DNA from: an uncultured Candidatus Saccharibacteria bacterium
GTDB lineage: Bacteria > Patescibacteriota > Saccharimonadia > Saccharimonadales > AWTP1-31
Assembly (NCBI GenBank): GCA_964536985.1
Contig: CAZIBG010000002.1
Location: 18,738 to 82,737, forward strand
DNA length: 64,000 bases
Direction of reading: 5' to 3'
Positions within the stretch are counted from its first letter, which is position 1; each line of letters starts with the position of its first letter. This document shows, in pieces, positions 37,500 to 47,225 of this stretch. A program made the translations under genes and the position numbers. The notes under the pieces were generated by a model. That model was not told where the DNA came from. It saw nothing but the letters and a program-made list of their open reading frames with translations, and did not search any database.

Positions 37500-38546
37500 T
37501 TATACTAGTATGCCACCACCAAGAACTGCCTGCTGGTCATAAATAACTGCCGATTGCCCAGGAGTTGCAGCGCGAATATCATCTTTAAGCTTAAGATGAA
37601 TATCGTCGCCCTCAATTACAAGCTTTGCGGAAATTAACGGAGCCCTATGGCGAGTTCTGACCTGCACCTCTTGTCCATCTTTTGGAGTAATGTTTATCCA
37701 ATGAATGTCCGTCATGTTAAGCCTGTTAGTCCACAGATTCTTATCGTTAATATCAGTAGTAACGCGCACCTGGTTGGTAGCCATATCTTTACCAATGACG
37801 TAATACGGTAAGCCACCACCGACATCCAGTCCGTGACGCTGACCGATTGTGTAAAAAATAGCCCCGTCATGCTGACCAACTGTTATGCCGTTTTCGTCTA
37901 TAATATCGCCAGGTTTTTGAGGGCCCAATTCGTAGATTAAAAAGTCTTTGATGCCGACCTTGCCCACAAAACAAATGCCCATGCTCTCTTTTTTGGTTGC
38001 CGTTACCAGATTGAACTTTTCTGCCAGTTTGCGAACCTCCGGTTTAGTATAGTCACCAAGAGGAAATAGAGTGTGCTTAAGCGCCTCCTCTGTTACACGG
38101 TAAAGAAAATAGGTCTGGTCTTTGTTCTCGTCTTTAGCTCGCAGTAGCTTACCATCTTTTACCCGAGCATAATGTCCGGTTGCGATTAGGTCTGCACCAT
38201 CCTCTAAGCACATATCAAGGAAGACTTTAAATTTTACCTCCTGATTACACATGATGTCAGGGTTGGGTGTGCGACCTGCCTGATATTCGGCAACCATGTA
38301 GTCAACGACTTTTTGACGGTACTCCTTCTGGAAGTCATACATCTTAAAGGGGATTCCGAGCTGAACGGCGACTCGTTTTGCATCCTGGTAGTCCTCTTTC
38401 CAGGGACAAGGCATGCCAGGGAGGTCCTGACTCCAGTTCTTCATGTATACGCCCGTAACATCATAACCCTGTTCTTTTAACAGGGCAGCGGTAACGGAAC
38501 TATCTACTCCGCCACTGAGGCCGACATATACTTTTTGCTTGTTCAT
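37500..38546 (-). CDS. mnmA: tRNA-specific 2-thiouridylase
   Basis: 348 aa with the PP-loop YVGLSGGVDSSV and MnmA-like layout. A tataat box lies 7 nt upstream of the ATG. Confidence 0.85.
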   Translation of the reverse strand: MNKQKVYVGLSGGVDSSVTAALLKEQGYDVTGVYMKNWSQDLPGMPCPWKEDYQDAKRVAVQLGIPFKMYDFQKEYRQKVVDYMVAEYQAGRTPNPDIMCNQEVKFKVFLDMCLEDGADLIATGHYARVKDGKLLRAKDENKDQTYFLYRVTEEALKHTLFPLGDYTKPEVRKLAEKFNLVTATKKESMGICFVGKVGIKDFLIYELGPQKPGDIIDENGITVGQHDGAIFYTIGQRHGLDVGGGLPYYVIGKDMATNQVRVTTDINDKNLWTNRLNMTDIHWINITPKDGQEVQVRTRHRAPLISAKLVIEGDDIHLKLKDDIRAATPGQSAVIYDQQAVLGGGILV

Positions 38547-38578
38547 TGAAGCTATTATAACAGAGGTGGCAGAAAATA

Positions 38579-39082
38579 TTAAGCCGATGTTGACAAGGCT
38601 TTGGCAAGGGCTGTCTCGCTGCCCTTAAATAATTTCTGAAGGCTAAAATCAAAGGTCTGCGTGGCCGTCCGCACAACACAGCCCCCAGCAATATTGGGCT
38701 GGACACCAACAGATATAAGCGTGTTGGGATGACCGTTGTCGCGGAACCATCGAATGAGCGGTCGAAGCGCCTGCTTGGTGGGGTCGGAGGCAAAACTAAT
38801 CTGGACCACCGGCGCCGTGCGTCGTACAAAATTGAGTTGGCTCGCTAGGCGTTTCCTATCCGATGCCAACAATGGGTTAGTGTCGGTATCCTTGATGATC
38901 TTATTGAGTGATGGACTAGTATAAGGGAGCTTAGAGGCGCTCCGCGAGGCACTTAAAAACTCATCGAGAGCAAAGAGTTCGCGTTGAATCTTCCCAAAGT
39001 CAAGCGGGCTGGCGACCGCATCGGGCAGCAGTAATCCCGGGTCCAATGCCCTTTGAAGTGGACTCTGTTGATTAGAATTCAC
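38579..39082 (-). CDS. Hypothetical protein
   Basis: 167-aa ORF with no recognisable motif. Confidence 0.4.
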   Translation of the reverse strand: MNSNQQSPLQRALDPGLLLPDAVASPLDFGKIQRELFALDEFLSASRSASKLPYTSPSLNKIIKDTDTNPLLASDRKRLASQLNFVRRTAPVVQISFASDPTKQALRPLIRWFRDNGHPNTLISVGVQPNIAGGCVVRTATQTFDFSLQKLFKGSETALAKALSTSA

Positions 39083-39680
39083 GCTTAATGTCCTCGACGA
39101 TTGCCGTTTTGTTTGCTTCTAGGTTATGGAGAATATATTGAATCTGCTCACCGACTTCCATATGAGCGCCAAGAGTTTGTTCGACATGATGAATAACCAC
39201 GTCGGCCATATTCTTCTCGAATCGAGCTAAACGGCGATGCTTCTCTGCCAGAAGTTCTTGATCGAGCTGCTCTGTCATCCGTTTCTGGTAATCCTCTATC
39301 GCTCGGTCCACCTTAGCGAAGGCCTCGGCCATGTGTTGTTGGGCTGCAGCCACAGATTGCTTTTGATCAGTAAATTCGTCCTTAAGAATTTGAGTGGCCT
39401 CTTCCTTAATATGCTCGCTGACGCTATCGCTGATTTTACGGAGATCTTGCTGTAAAAAGGCAGCATTCTGATCCAGGGTATGTTCAAACCGAGCGACGCC
39501 ACGCTCTTGAAGCTTGGTTCTAAATTCATCTGTAAAAAGGTCGGTTCCATTAGTTCCACGGGGGCCACGGCCTCGGCCTTTTGGTCCTAAACGGACGGCA
39601 ACCCAAATAAAAGCCAATAAAATGGCCAGGACGCTGCTAATAAATATTACGAGAAGTGTTAACTGCGTATCCATATCCAC
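39072..39680 (-). CDS. Hypothetical membrane-anchored coiled-coil protein
   Basis: 202 aa with an N-terminal TM, a GPKGRGRGPRG stretch and a long charged helical region. Confidence 0.4.
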   Translation of the reverse strand: MDMDTQLTLLVIFISSVLAILLAFIWVAVRLGPKGRGRGPRGTNGTDLFTDEFRTKLQERGVARFEHTLDQNAAFLQQDLRKISDSVSEHIKEEATQILKDEFTDQKQSVAAAQQHMAEAFAKVDRAIEDYQKRMTEQLDQELLAEKHRRLARFEKNMADVVIHHVEQTLGAHMEVGEQIQYILHNLEANKTAIVEDIKREF

Positions 39681-39721
39681 CCGTTATACTAATGCTTTTA
39701 GTATAGGATAGAATGGCGAAC

Positions 39722-40864
39722 TTAGGAAGTAAGCTCAGCTAATGCGGCAACGGTGGCCCGGACATCCTGCTCCGTAGTAGAGCGACCCATAGTAAAGCGC
39801 AGGCTAGTTTGTGCTTGTTCATCCGTAAGACCAATAGCCTTAAGAACATGTGATGGCTCATCGCTACTGGCGCTACAAGCCGAACCAACGGCGCACATAA
39901 TGCCCCGCTCGTCGAGCTCCATCATCATTCGCTCGTTGTCGGTACCCGGAATTGTAAGGTGGACAATATTAAATAGCCCCGCACCGGGAGCGGTAATTAC
40001 GGCATTGGGCACCTTAACTTCTAGCTCCGTGTAAAATAGCGATCGAAGCGCACTAAGATGTTCTTCCTGGCCACGTCGCATAGCCACTGCTTTTTCCAGA
40101 GCATGACTAAAGCCGACAATACCGGCAACGTTTTCGGTGCCACTTCTTAAGCCAAACTCCTGGCCACCACCGTAAATGAGTGGCTCTAACTCAATCCCGG
40201 TTGCAACATACAGGGCGCCGGACTGCTTTGGGCCGTAGATCTTGCCTCCATTAAGGCTCATCAAATCAATGCCAATCTTCTTGGCTAGTACCGATAGCAA
40301 GTTAGGGGCCTGTGCGGCATCGGTATGTAGATAGAGAGGATTATTATTTTCATTGCTCGACACCCGATTGTCTCGTATTTTAGACAATACGGCATTAATG
40401 CCACTGAAGTGCTGAATGGTGCCGATTTCGTTATTGGCATACATTATACTCACCAACACCACATCGTCCGTCACAAGCTTTGCCAGCTCAATTAAATTTA
40501 CATGGCCATTGGCATCCACCGGAATAACTGCGTGATTATATTGGCGTGCAGCAGCCAGAACAGAATCATGCTCGATTGCTGACACCAGAATTTTACCCTC
40601 AGGATACCTCGCCATAACGCCGTGAATCGCCAAGTTATTAGCTTCGCTGGCACCAGCCGTAAAAACAATTTCTCGGGGGCGAACACCAAGGGCTTTAGCG
40701 GTTCGAGCTCGGGCATCATCAATATCATGACGAATAGACTTTGCCGCCAAATAGGTTGCGCTTGGATTGTAAAATTGATCCGTTAAATACGGCTGCATTG
40801 CTGCCAGAACTCTGCCATCCAACGGTGTTGCAGCGGCGTGATCAAGGTAGATAGATTGGCTCAT
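39722..40864 (-). CDS. Cysteine desulfurase (class V aminotransferase, IscS/NifS-like)
   Basis: 380 aa with a PLP-lysine region (NGGKIYGPK) and active-site cysteine (VGSACSASS). Its position upstream of mnmA fits a sulfur relay. Confidence 0.8.
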   Translation of the reverse strand: MSQSIYLDHAAATPLDGRVLAAMQPYLTDQFYNPSATYLAAKSIRHDIDDARARTAKALGVRPREIVFTAGASEANNLAIHGVMARYPEGKILVSAIEHDSVLAAARQYNHAVIPVDANGHVNLIELAKLVTDDVVLVSIMYANNEIGTIQHFSGINAVLSKIRDNRVSSNENNNPLYLHTDAAQAPNLLSVLAKKIGIDLMSLNGGKIYGPKQSGALYVATGIELEPLIYGGGQEFGLRSGTENVAGIVGFSHALEKAVAMRRGQEEHLSALRSLFYTELEVKVPNAVITAPGAGLFNIVHLTIPGTDNERMMMELDERGIMCAVGSACSASSDEPSHVLKAIGLTDEQAQTSLRFTMGRSTTEQDVRATVAALAELTS

Positions 40865-40872
40865 AGCCGTAA

Positions 40873-41241
40873 TTATACTCGGTTATACAGTTGAGCTTTA
40901 ACGCGCTGACGATACAAAACGGCCGCATCTCGTAGGTGCTGAGCTTCTTCTTCGGTAACAAACTGTTGAGCCATACCATCTTGAGCTTTTAAAATGCCGT
41001 TTGGTCGGACATCATAACGAGTAGTCTTGGTTTTACGCTGGCCTGTAGCGTCATTCCATTCTTCATGCCAAATCCATGTTCGCTCATCTAGGCAAAAGAA
41101 TTCACGTTTACCGCCGTTGGGCATTGGACCAAACAGTGTTCCGCCAATTTGGGCTTCATGTCGAATAAGGTTGCGGTATAGTTCGGCCTGGCGATCTTCC
41201 TGGCTAGTGCCAAGAACAAGTTTTATAAATTTCTGGATCAT
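40873..41241 (-). CDS. Hypothetical protein
   Basis: 122-aa ORF. Confidence 0.35.
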   Translation of the reverse strand: MIQKFIKLVLGTSQEDRQAELYRNLIRHEAQIGGTLFGPMPNGGKREFFCLDERTWIWHEEWNDATGQRKTKTTRYDVRPNGILKAQDGMAQQFVTEEEAQHLRDAAVLYRQRVKAQLYNRV

Positions 41242-41242
41242 A

Positions 41243-41674
41243 CTACACCCCCGCTAAAAAGTCGCCAGGCACAGAAGTTGGACCTTGCTCTGCGTAGAGG
41301 CTAGCCAGGTTACTGCGTACGTCTGTGAGGCTTTGGTCGCCTTCGGCTACAGGTGCCGTCTCTAGTGTAGGCATCTGTGGTGCGACCATCTTTGTCTTTG
41401 GCTCAGCATTAAAGCCTGATGGGTTATCGAAGTTAAGAGTCGGTGATTCAGGTCGGGTAAATTGGGCCATCCGGCCAACTTGCTCAGCGGCTCGTCTAAC
41501 TGCAACTGGATGGGATGAGTTAGGGCTAGCTGGAGCATTGATAAGAACATCAGGGGCTATATCGATAATATGGACTCTTGAATCGACCATTTGTTCTGGT
41601 GAAAGTGGCGCGGCTTCTACTCCTCGGTTTCGAGAAGTGAACGGTGCGGTAATGTAGTCGATTATTTCAAACAT
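41243..41674 (-). CDS. Hypothetical protein
   Basis: 143-aa ORF. It overlaps the tatD start. Confidence 0.35.
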   Translation of the reverse strand: MFEIIDYITAPFTSRNRGVEAAPLSPEQMVDSRVHIIDIAPDVLINAPASPNSSHPVAVRRAAEQVGRMAQFTRPESPTLNFDNPSGFNAEPKTKMVAPQMPTLETAPVAEGDQSLTDVRSNLASLYAEQGPTSVPGDFLAGV

Positions 41675-42483
41675 AGCGTAAATAGTCCCTGGGCATTATT
41701 AGTGGTTGCTCGGGCAAATTCCTCAAACGATTCACTGCGTAAATTGCTTAAAAACTCTGCCGTTACTCTCACATGCTTAGGCTGACAGATTGTACCACGA
41801 AAAGGGCTCGGAGTCAAGAAGGGAGCATCTGTTTCTAGTACGATCTTATCAAGCGGTACAGCTTTGGCTGCATCCAGCTGATCCTGATTCTTAGTAAAGG
41901 TCATAATCCCATTGAGCCCCACAAGCAAGTCACGTTTGAGAATCTGTTCTAGCTCAACCATTCCAGCACTAAAGCTATGGATTACACCCTTGGGTTTAAA
42001 CTCGTCATACAGCGTCCAGAAATCCTGCCAAACACTATCTGTATGGCTCGGATCCACCCCTTTAGCATCCCTAACATGGAAGATAACCGGCAAATTATGT
42101 TCCTGGGCGACCGTTAGCTGAAAACGAAGCATCTTAATCTGATCCTGGCGATCCGAGTGACCATAGTAGTAATCAAGGCCAATCTCGCCCACAGCCACCA
42201 CTTTAGGCTTACTGGCCAAGGAGTGAAATTCTTGAAGGGCATGTTCATCATTAACATAGTGCTTAGCTTCATGGGGATGCAGCCCGATACTCGCCCAAAT
42301 ATGTTCGTGTCGGGCTGCGAATGCGATACCGAGTTTACTATCCTCTAGCGTACAGCCTACGCACAGCAATTTAGTTACCCCATCTGCTTGTGCAGCGGAA
42401 ATAACCTCTTCCGGGTCTAGTTCATAGTCGGAAATGTGTATATGACAATGGGTGTCGAATAGTTCTATTGGCGTACTAGACAT
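41662..42483 (-). CDS. tatD: TatD-family metal-dependent DNase/hydrolase
   Basis: 273 aa with the LFDTHCHIH metal-binding start and TatD layout. Confidence 0.85.
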   Translation of the reverse strand: MSSTPIELFDTHCHIHISDYELDPEEVISAAQADGVTKLLCVGCTLEDSKLGIAFAARHEHIWASIGLHPHEAKHYVNDEHALQEFHSLASKPKVVAVGEIGLDYYYGHSDRQDQIKMLRFQLTVAQEHNLPVIFHVRDAKGVDPSHTDSVWQDFWTLYDEFKPKGVIHSFSAGMVELEQILKRDLLVGLNGIMTFTKNQDQLDAAKAVPLDKIVLETDAPFLTPSPFRGTICQPKHVRVTAEFLSNLRSESFEEFARATTNNAQGLFTLCLK

Positions 42484-42501
42484 AGCATTATTATACCTCG
42501 A

Positions 42502-43956
42502 TTACTTTTCGGCTTTTGGTGCTTTGGTTTCGTGACGAGGGAACAGTGTGCCTTCGCTTGGCCGGATGACACCCTCTTCAAAGATGTGCTTAATCTTGGC
42601 GGCGGTTTCTGGCATGAATGGTTCGAGCATTTCGGCAATCTGCAGCAGGTTGCTGGTTTGGTAGGCTAATATTTCTTGCAAGTGATCGTAGTCACCTTCT
42701 TTGGCGATAGCCCAGGGCTTTTCTTCTTCGATGTACTGGTTTAAGCCACGGATTTGCTCCCAAACGTGATCGAGGGCGCGGTCGAATTTGCAGGCCTCAA
42801 TAGCCTCCCAGTACTGCGCCATGTCATGATTTTGTGGTGGGATTTCACCAATGATTCCCTTTTGATATTGCGTGATCATAGCTGATGTTCGCTGTACGGC
42901 ATTACCTAACTCGTTACCGAGTTCGTTGTTGTAAGCTTTTTCTAGCAAGTCCCAAGAAAAATCTCCGTCTTCGTAACTTGGGATATGTCGCAAGATGTAA
43001 TAGCGGAATACATCGGCACTATATTTCTTAACGATTTCGTCCGGACTAACAACATTGCCGATTGATTTGCTCATTTTACCGCCAGCTATATTGATGAAGC
43101 CGTGTACATACAACTTTTCGGGCAATGGCAAGCCAAGTGCCAACAACATACCCGGCCAAATAGCAGCGTGGAATCGAATAATATCCTTTCCAATCACTTG
43201 GACGTTTGCCGGCCAAAATTTCTTGAAGTCTTCGTGTTCGGGATAGCCAAGTACCGTAATATAATTCATGACCGCTTCAAACCAGACATACATCACCTGA
43301 GTTTTATCGCCGGGAACCGGAATACCCCAGTCTAATTTGCTGGATGGCCTGGAAATACTGATATCATCGAGTCCGTCGACAATGACTTGTAAGATTTCGT
43401 TGCGGCGGGTTTTAGGGATGATTTCGAATGTACCCGCCTGAATGGCAGCCCTAATTTGCTCTGAATAGTTAGAGAGTTTGAAGAAGTAATTCTCTTCCTC
43501 GAGTCGTTCGTATGGCTTTTTGTGGATCGGACATACACCATTGTTGGCCTTGGCTACTGCTTCGGTAACGTATTCTTCACAGCCCGTACAGTACAAACCA
43601 ATGTACTTACTTTTATAGATGTCTTTTTCGAGCTGCTTCCAGATAATCTGGGCACGCTGCATATGGCCTGCGTCGGTTGTACGAATAAAACGGTCGTTAC
43701 TTACGTTGAGTAGCTTGCCAAGATCACGGAACTTTTGACTTTGCTGATCAGCTAAAGCTTTGGGGGTTAGCTTGAGCTCAGCAGCTTTTTCGGCAATCTT
43801 TTGACCGTGTTCATCGGCTCCGGCGGTAAAGATGACTGGCTTGCCCTGCTTTCGTGCAGCACGTGCCAGAACGTCAGCCATGACAAGCTCCATGCCGAAC
43901 CCAATGTGGGGATCGCCGTTAACATATGGAATAGAGGTGGTAATTAAACAATTCAT
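42502..43956 (-). CDS. metG: Methionine--tRNA ligase (short form)
   Basis: 484 aa with HIGH-like PYVNGDPHIGFG and KMSKS motifs. Confidence 0.9.
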   Translation of the reverse strand: MNCLITTSIPYVNGDPHIGFGMELVMADVLARAARKQGKPVIFTAGADEHGQKIAEKAAELKLTPKALADQQSQKFRDLGKLLNVSNDRFIRTTDAGHMQRAQIIWKQLEKDIYKSKYIGLYCTGCEEYVTEAVAKANNGVCPIHKKPYERLEEENYFFKLSNYSEQIRAAIQAGTFEIIPKTRRNEILQVIVDGLDDISISRPSSKLDWGIPVPGDKTQVMYVWFEAVMNYITVLGYPEHEDFKKFWPANVQVIGKDIIRFHAAIWPGMLLALGLPLPEKLYVHGFINIAGGKMSKSIGNVVSPDEIVKKYSADVFRYYILRHIPSYEDGDFSWDLLEKAYNNELGNELGNAVQRTSAMITQYQKGIIGEIPPQNHDMAQYWEAIEACKFDRALDHVWEQIRGLNQYIEEEKPWAIAKEGDYDHLQEILAYQTSNLLQIAEMLEPFMPETAAKIKHIFEEGVIRPSEGTLFPRHETKAPKAEK

Positions 43957-44052
43957 AGATGTATTGTACCTGTCTTAAGTAGTAAATAATAGGAAACTGA
44001 AGAGTAAATAAAAGTATAGCCGGCTACGGCATCAACATCATGTAAGAATGTT

Positions 44053-44784
44053 GTGTTACTTTTCTCATTACAGTTATTATACCATTGTTCTATACTGTTG
44101 TTAATGGCTCTTGATGCACTTGACCGCGAACGACTAGGCAACCTCTATTTTGTAAGTAAAACTTTTGATATAGGGTCGTTTGAACTATCTGCCCACCTCG
44201 ACAATCCTGACCTTCCGCCTTCTCCGTATTACATGCACTTTCCTACACCCAATAAGCCTGGGGCTCTGTATCTTCCTGAGATTCAGGCAACTGCAGGCCG
44301 GCTACTATTCCAGCTCGCTGAGGAGGAAGGTATCACCGGACATATGTTTGCAGGTGTTCCTGAGGGCGCAAACGAAATCGCAAGAAATGCAGCCGAACTT
44401 TGTGGCCCCAATGGCTCTAATCTATTGACGTTCAGTAAGGAGAAGCTCGGGAGACTGGTAATTTTCCATCACATCGAGGGGCATGCCATGCCCGGCGAAA
44501 AAGTCGTAGGAATAGATGACCACACCTCGGGTGGGCGCAATGCCCGACTATTTCAGAGGATGCTAGAAACCGAAATGCGGCTGAAAATGACTCACTTCCT
44601 GAACATCGTTGACCGCGAGCAAGGCGGACGGCAGCGACTAGCCGAGAACGGAGCAACAATGCGCTCCATCTTTACCATTTCCGAACTTTTAAGTCTCGGT
44701 TTAGCTGAAGGTCACCTGACGCAGACTCAGTTTGATGATCTACTGCACTACGTTCGGACTAACCCTATCCCTACCCAGCGCTAG
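44053..44784 (+). CDS. Phosphoribosyltransferase-fold protein (orotate PRTase-like)
   Basis: PRTase PRPP loop VVGIDDHTSGG plus a PyrE-like N region (GSFELSAHLDNPD..SPYY). The true start is probably Met18 at 44104. Confidence 0.5.
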   Translation: MLLFSLQLLYHCSILLLMALDALDRERLGNLYFVSKTFDIGSFELSAHLDNPDLPPSPYYMHFPTPNKPGALYLPEIQATAGRLLFQLAEEEGITGHMFAGVPEGANEIARNAAELCGPNGSNLLTFSKEKLGRLVIFHHIEGHAMPGEKVVGIDDHTSGGRNARLFQRMLETEMRLKMTHFLNIVDREQGGRQRLAENGATMRSIFTISELLSLGLAEGHLTQTQFDDLLHYVRTNPIPTQR

Positions 44785-44949
44785 CTAGATGCCAAAGGCT
44801 ACAGTGTCTGCACCTGTAGGTTTTAAGTTTAGTGCCATGTTGCAGGTCGGCAACAACTGCTGCAGCTTTGGCTTGTTTTTGAGTGTCGAACGCTAATTTC
44901 TCAACACAAGGTTGAACGTCTTCTTGCATATAGCAAGTCTACCACAAGG

Positions 44950-45168
44950 CTACTGACCCGCTGCGGCCGCCGTACCATCTTGGTACCGTTCTGTTTCATC
45001 TATATCGGTGTCGGTAGAAGGATGATCGGGTGGCACTATTACTTGCGGTGCATCATCTGCTGGTCCGGCAGGATTGTCGTCATCATTCTGCGGAATCGGA
45101 ACGACGTGATCGCCACGAGTTTCTTCTAATGCATCATCTACTGAAATGTCTTGTTCGTCTGTACCCAT
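44950..45168 (-). CDS. Small acidic low-complexity hypothetical protein
   Basis: 72-aa Asp/Pro-rich ORF. It is weakly supported. Confidence 0.2.
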   Translation of the reverse strand: MGTDEQDISVDDALEETRGDHVVPIPQNDDDNPAGPADDAPQVIVPPDHPSTDTDIDETERYQDGTAAAAGQ

Positions 45169-45251
45169 GCGATTCTCCTGATTACGTTGTAGTTACAACT
45201 GTAGTGCAGTAAATTGCTTGCGACTATAAGGAATCTAACAGCATGCAGCGA

Positions 45252-46520
45252 TTAATCTTGCAGCAGATAATCGTCGCACAATTTTTTGAAAATAGCGTTT
45301 GTCCAGCCAAATCCAGTCTGACTTGGGTATACACCTTCTACTGGATGCTTATGGGGCTTAACAACGTTGTACTTTTCTAGGAAAACTCCATGCTGCTCGT
45401 ACCAAGCCAAGTTAGTCCGCAGCCATTTACGTGCAATTCGCTCGGCCTCTTCGTGATAGCCGTAGTTCTTGAGCCCTTCGATCACTGCGTAGTGCAGTGG
45501 CGCCCAGCCATTAGGATGAGCCCACTGAGTTTTGAGCGATCCAAAGATACTCATGTCTATCAACGGTCGGGTAGTAGTAGATAGCCCGCCAGAATGTTCG
45601 AACTTCTCAATATTCTTAACCATCCGGGCAGCTTGTTCGTCACTGGCTAGCCCCAACCACATAGGGTAAAAACCTGCTAACGACCAGACGTCTCCACCTT
45701 GGCCTTTGTTGTAGTTGTAGTCAAAGTAAAACCCTCGACGTGTATGCCACATGTACTTGTTTACTTCGTGTTTGCGACTCGCCGCTTTTGCGGACCAATG
45801 CTTTGCTTCTTTTGGATCGTCCAGCTCACCGGCCGCCCAAGCAAAATCGGCCTCGTATTTATACAGTAAAGCGTTGAGATCAACAGGCAGATAGTCTAGA
45901 CACTTTCGTTCAAACCGGGTGGTCATATCCCAGCCACTTTCGGCTTCGGCCATATCATGCAGAACATTAATGTCGTAGTAGCGACTGAGTCCATGATGCA
46001 CTTTATGCCAAAATGGATGGAGTTCACTGGTCCAGACTTCTGTGTATTCCGCCTTAGCAATGTCCATACGTTCTTTTAGCCAAGCTTTGTCTTTGTGGCC
46101 AGTTTCGTAGATAAGCCTGATGTACATGGTCAAGATTGGCGGTTGGGAGTGGCTCATGTGATACATCTGATTTGCATTAGGGATAAATCTAAAACGCTTA
46201 AACAATTGCAAAAGATTCTCTAGCATTCCCTCGGCCATATGTTGGTGCTTGGTACCAACTAGTGCTAGTGAGGTAAAATAACTATCCCAGTAGTACTGTT
46301 CTTTGAGTGTGAACTTTGCTTTTGGATCAGCTGCCGGAACAATATAAGGATAGGGCAGACCAATTACCGTGCCTTGGTCTTCCTTTGCCTGGTGCTCCAG
46401 TACCTTCCAATGATCTTCGATATAATCGAGGGCATGAGCAATGTGTGGAATATCAATATGACCCTGCCTGCCAGCAATTTTTCGGATCAGTTTTTTAGCT
46501 AAGTTCTGTTTAGGAAGCAT
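45252..46520 (-). CDS. Glycoside hydrolase, trehalase-like (six-hairpin fold; GH37/GH63-like)
   Basis: 422 aa with EQYYWDSYF, close to trehalase signature 1 (...YYWDSY). Confidence 0.5.
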   Translation of the reverse strand: MLPKQNLAKKLIRKIAGRQGHIDIPHIAHALDYIEDHWKVLEHQAKEDQGTVIGLPYPYIVPAADPKAKFTLKEQYYWDSYFTSLALVGTKHQHMAEGMLENLLQLFKRFRFIPNANQMYHMSHSQPPILTMYIRLIYETGHKDKAWLKERMDIAKAEYTEVWTSELHPFWHKVHHGLSRYYDINVLHDMAEAESGWDMTTRFERKCLDYLPVDLNALLYKYEADFAWAAGELDDPKEAKHWSAKAASRKHEVNKYMWHTRRGFYFDYNYNKGQGGDVWSLAGFYPMWLGLASDEQAARMVKNIEKFEHSGGLSTTTRPLIDMSIFGSLKTQWAHPNGWAPLHYAVIEGLKNYGYHEEAERIARKWLRTNLAWYEQHGVFLEKYNVVKPHKHPVEGVYPSQTGFGWTNAIFKKLCDDYLLQD

Positions 46521-46560
46521 CCTCTTATGCTAAGCCAATAGCCAGTAAGGAGCAAGTATT

Positions 46561-47184
46561 CTATCCGTGGAATTGCGCTCTGGTTTCGATCCCTCTATCT
46601 GCGATGCGAGCGAGTGTTTGTTGGACCATTGCTTCGAGTCCTAAGCTACCATCAACAGGAATAACAATATCAACCAATTCATCCGCTTCGGAAGGCAAAA
46701 CAAGTTCAGAATGGAGCTTATCAATTGTCTTTAGTGGACCACCGTCACCCCACGAATGCCGAGGTGCAATAAGTGTTTTTGTGTCGATCCATCGCTCCAT
46801 GCGTTCACGAGCAAGCTTAACATCAACTTCTACTGCAAAGGCAACAACAGTAGAATCTGTGTCCTTTGCCCATTGGATTGGGCGCTCAGCACGACCTTCC
46901 GGAGTATTAAAGAAGGCGTCGCATACCACATCCTCGTCTCGCACTAAGGCTTGTATAGTTCTATCGCGTACCGTTCGCTTTACTTCCGCCTTGCAATCCC
47001 GATTGCGTCGAGTTCGATCGGCATATGCTGTCTGCTTGAGCCTATCCTGGGACACCAACACAGCACCAAGGCCATGTGCCACTAAGTCGCCGAATTCTTG
47101 TTCCGTACCTCCAGGCACACCAGCTTTGAAGAATATAACCGGCTCGAATTCTTCGTGACCATCTACTTTATAAATTTTAGGCAT
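46561..47184 (-). CDS. Hypothetical protein with a degenerate P-loop-like motif
   Basis: 207 aa. GVPGGTEQE sits where kinases have GxPGSGKST, so it is probably not an active NTPase. Confidence 0.3.
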   Translation of the reverse strand: MPKIYKVDGHEEFEPVIFFKAGVPGGTEQEFGDLVAHGLGAVLVSQDRLKQTAYADRTRRNRDCKAEVKRTVRDRTIQALVRDEDVVCDAFFNTPEGRAERPIQWAKDTDSTVVAFAVEVDVKLARERMERWIDTKTLIAPRHSWGDGGPLKTIDKLHSELVLPSEADELVDIVIPVDGSLGLEAMVQQTLARIADRGIETRAQFHG

Positions 47185-47225
47185 AAATTATATATTACAC
47201 CATAAATTACAAAATTACGAGAATA

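Noticed and set aside
38579-39680. Possible ATP synthase b/delta subunits (TM plus coiled-coil protein followed by a delta-like C-terminus)
   Set aside because: No atpA/atpG follows, and the downstream gene is mnmA. The sequence similarity is vague.
46604-47158. 184-aa plus-strand ORF overlapping the 46561..47184 gene
   Set aside because: It lies entirely antisense to a longer ORF and has Ser/Arg-rich composition, so it is likely spurious.
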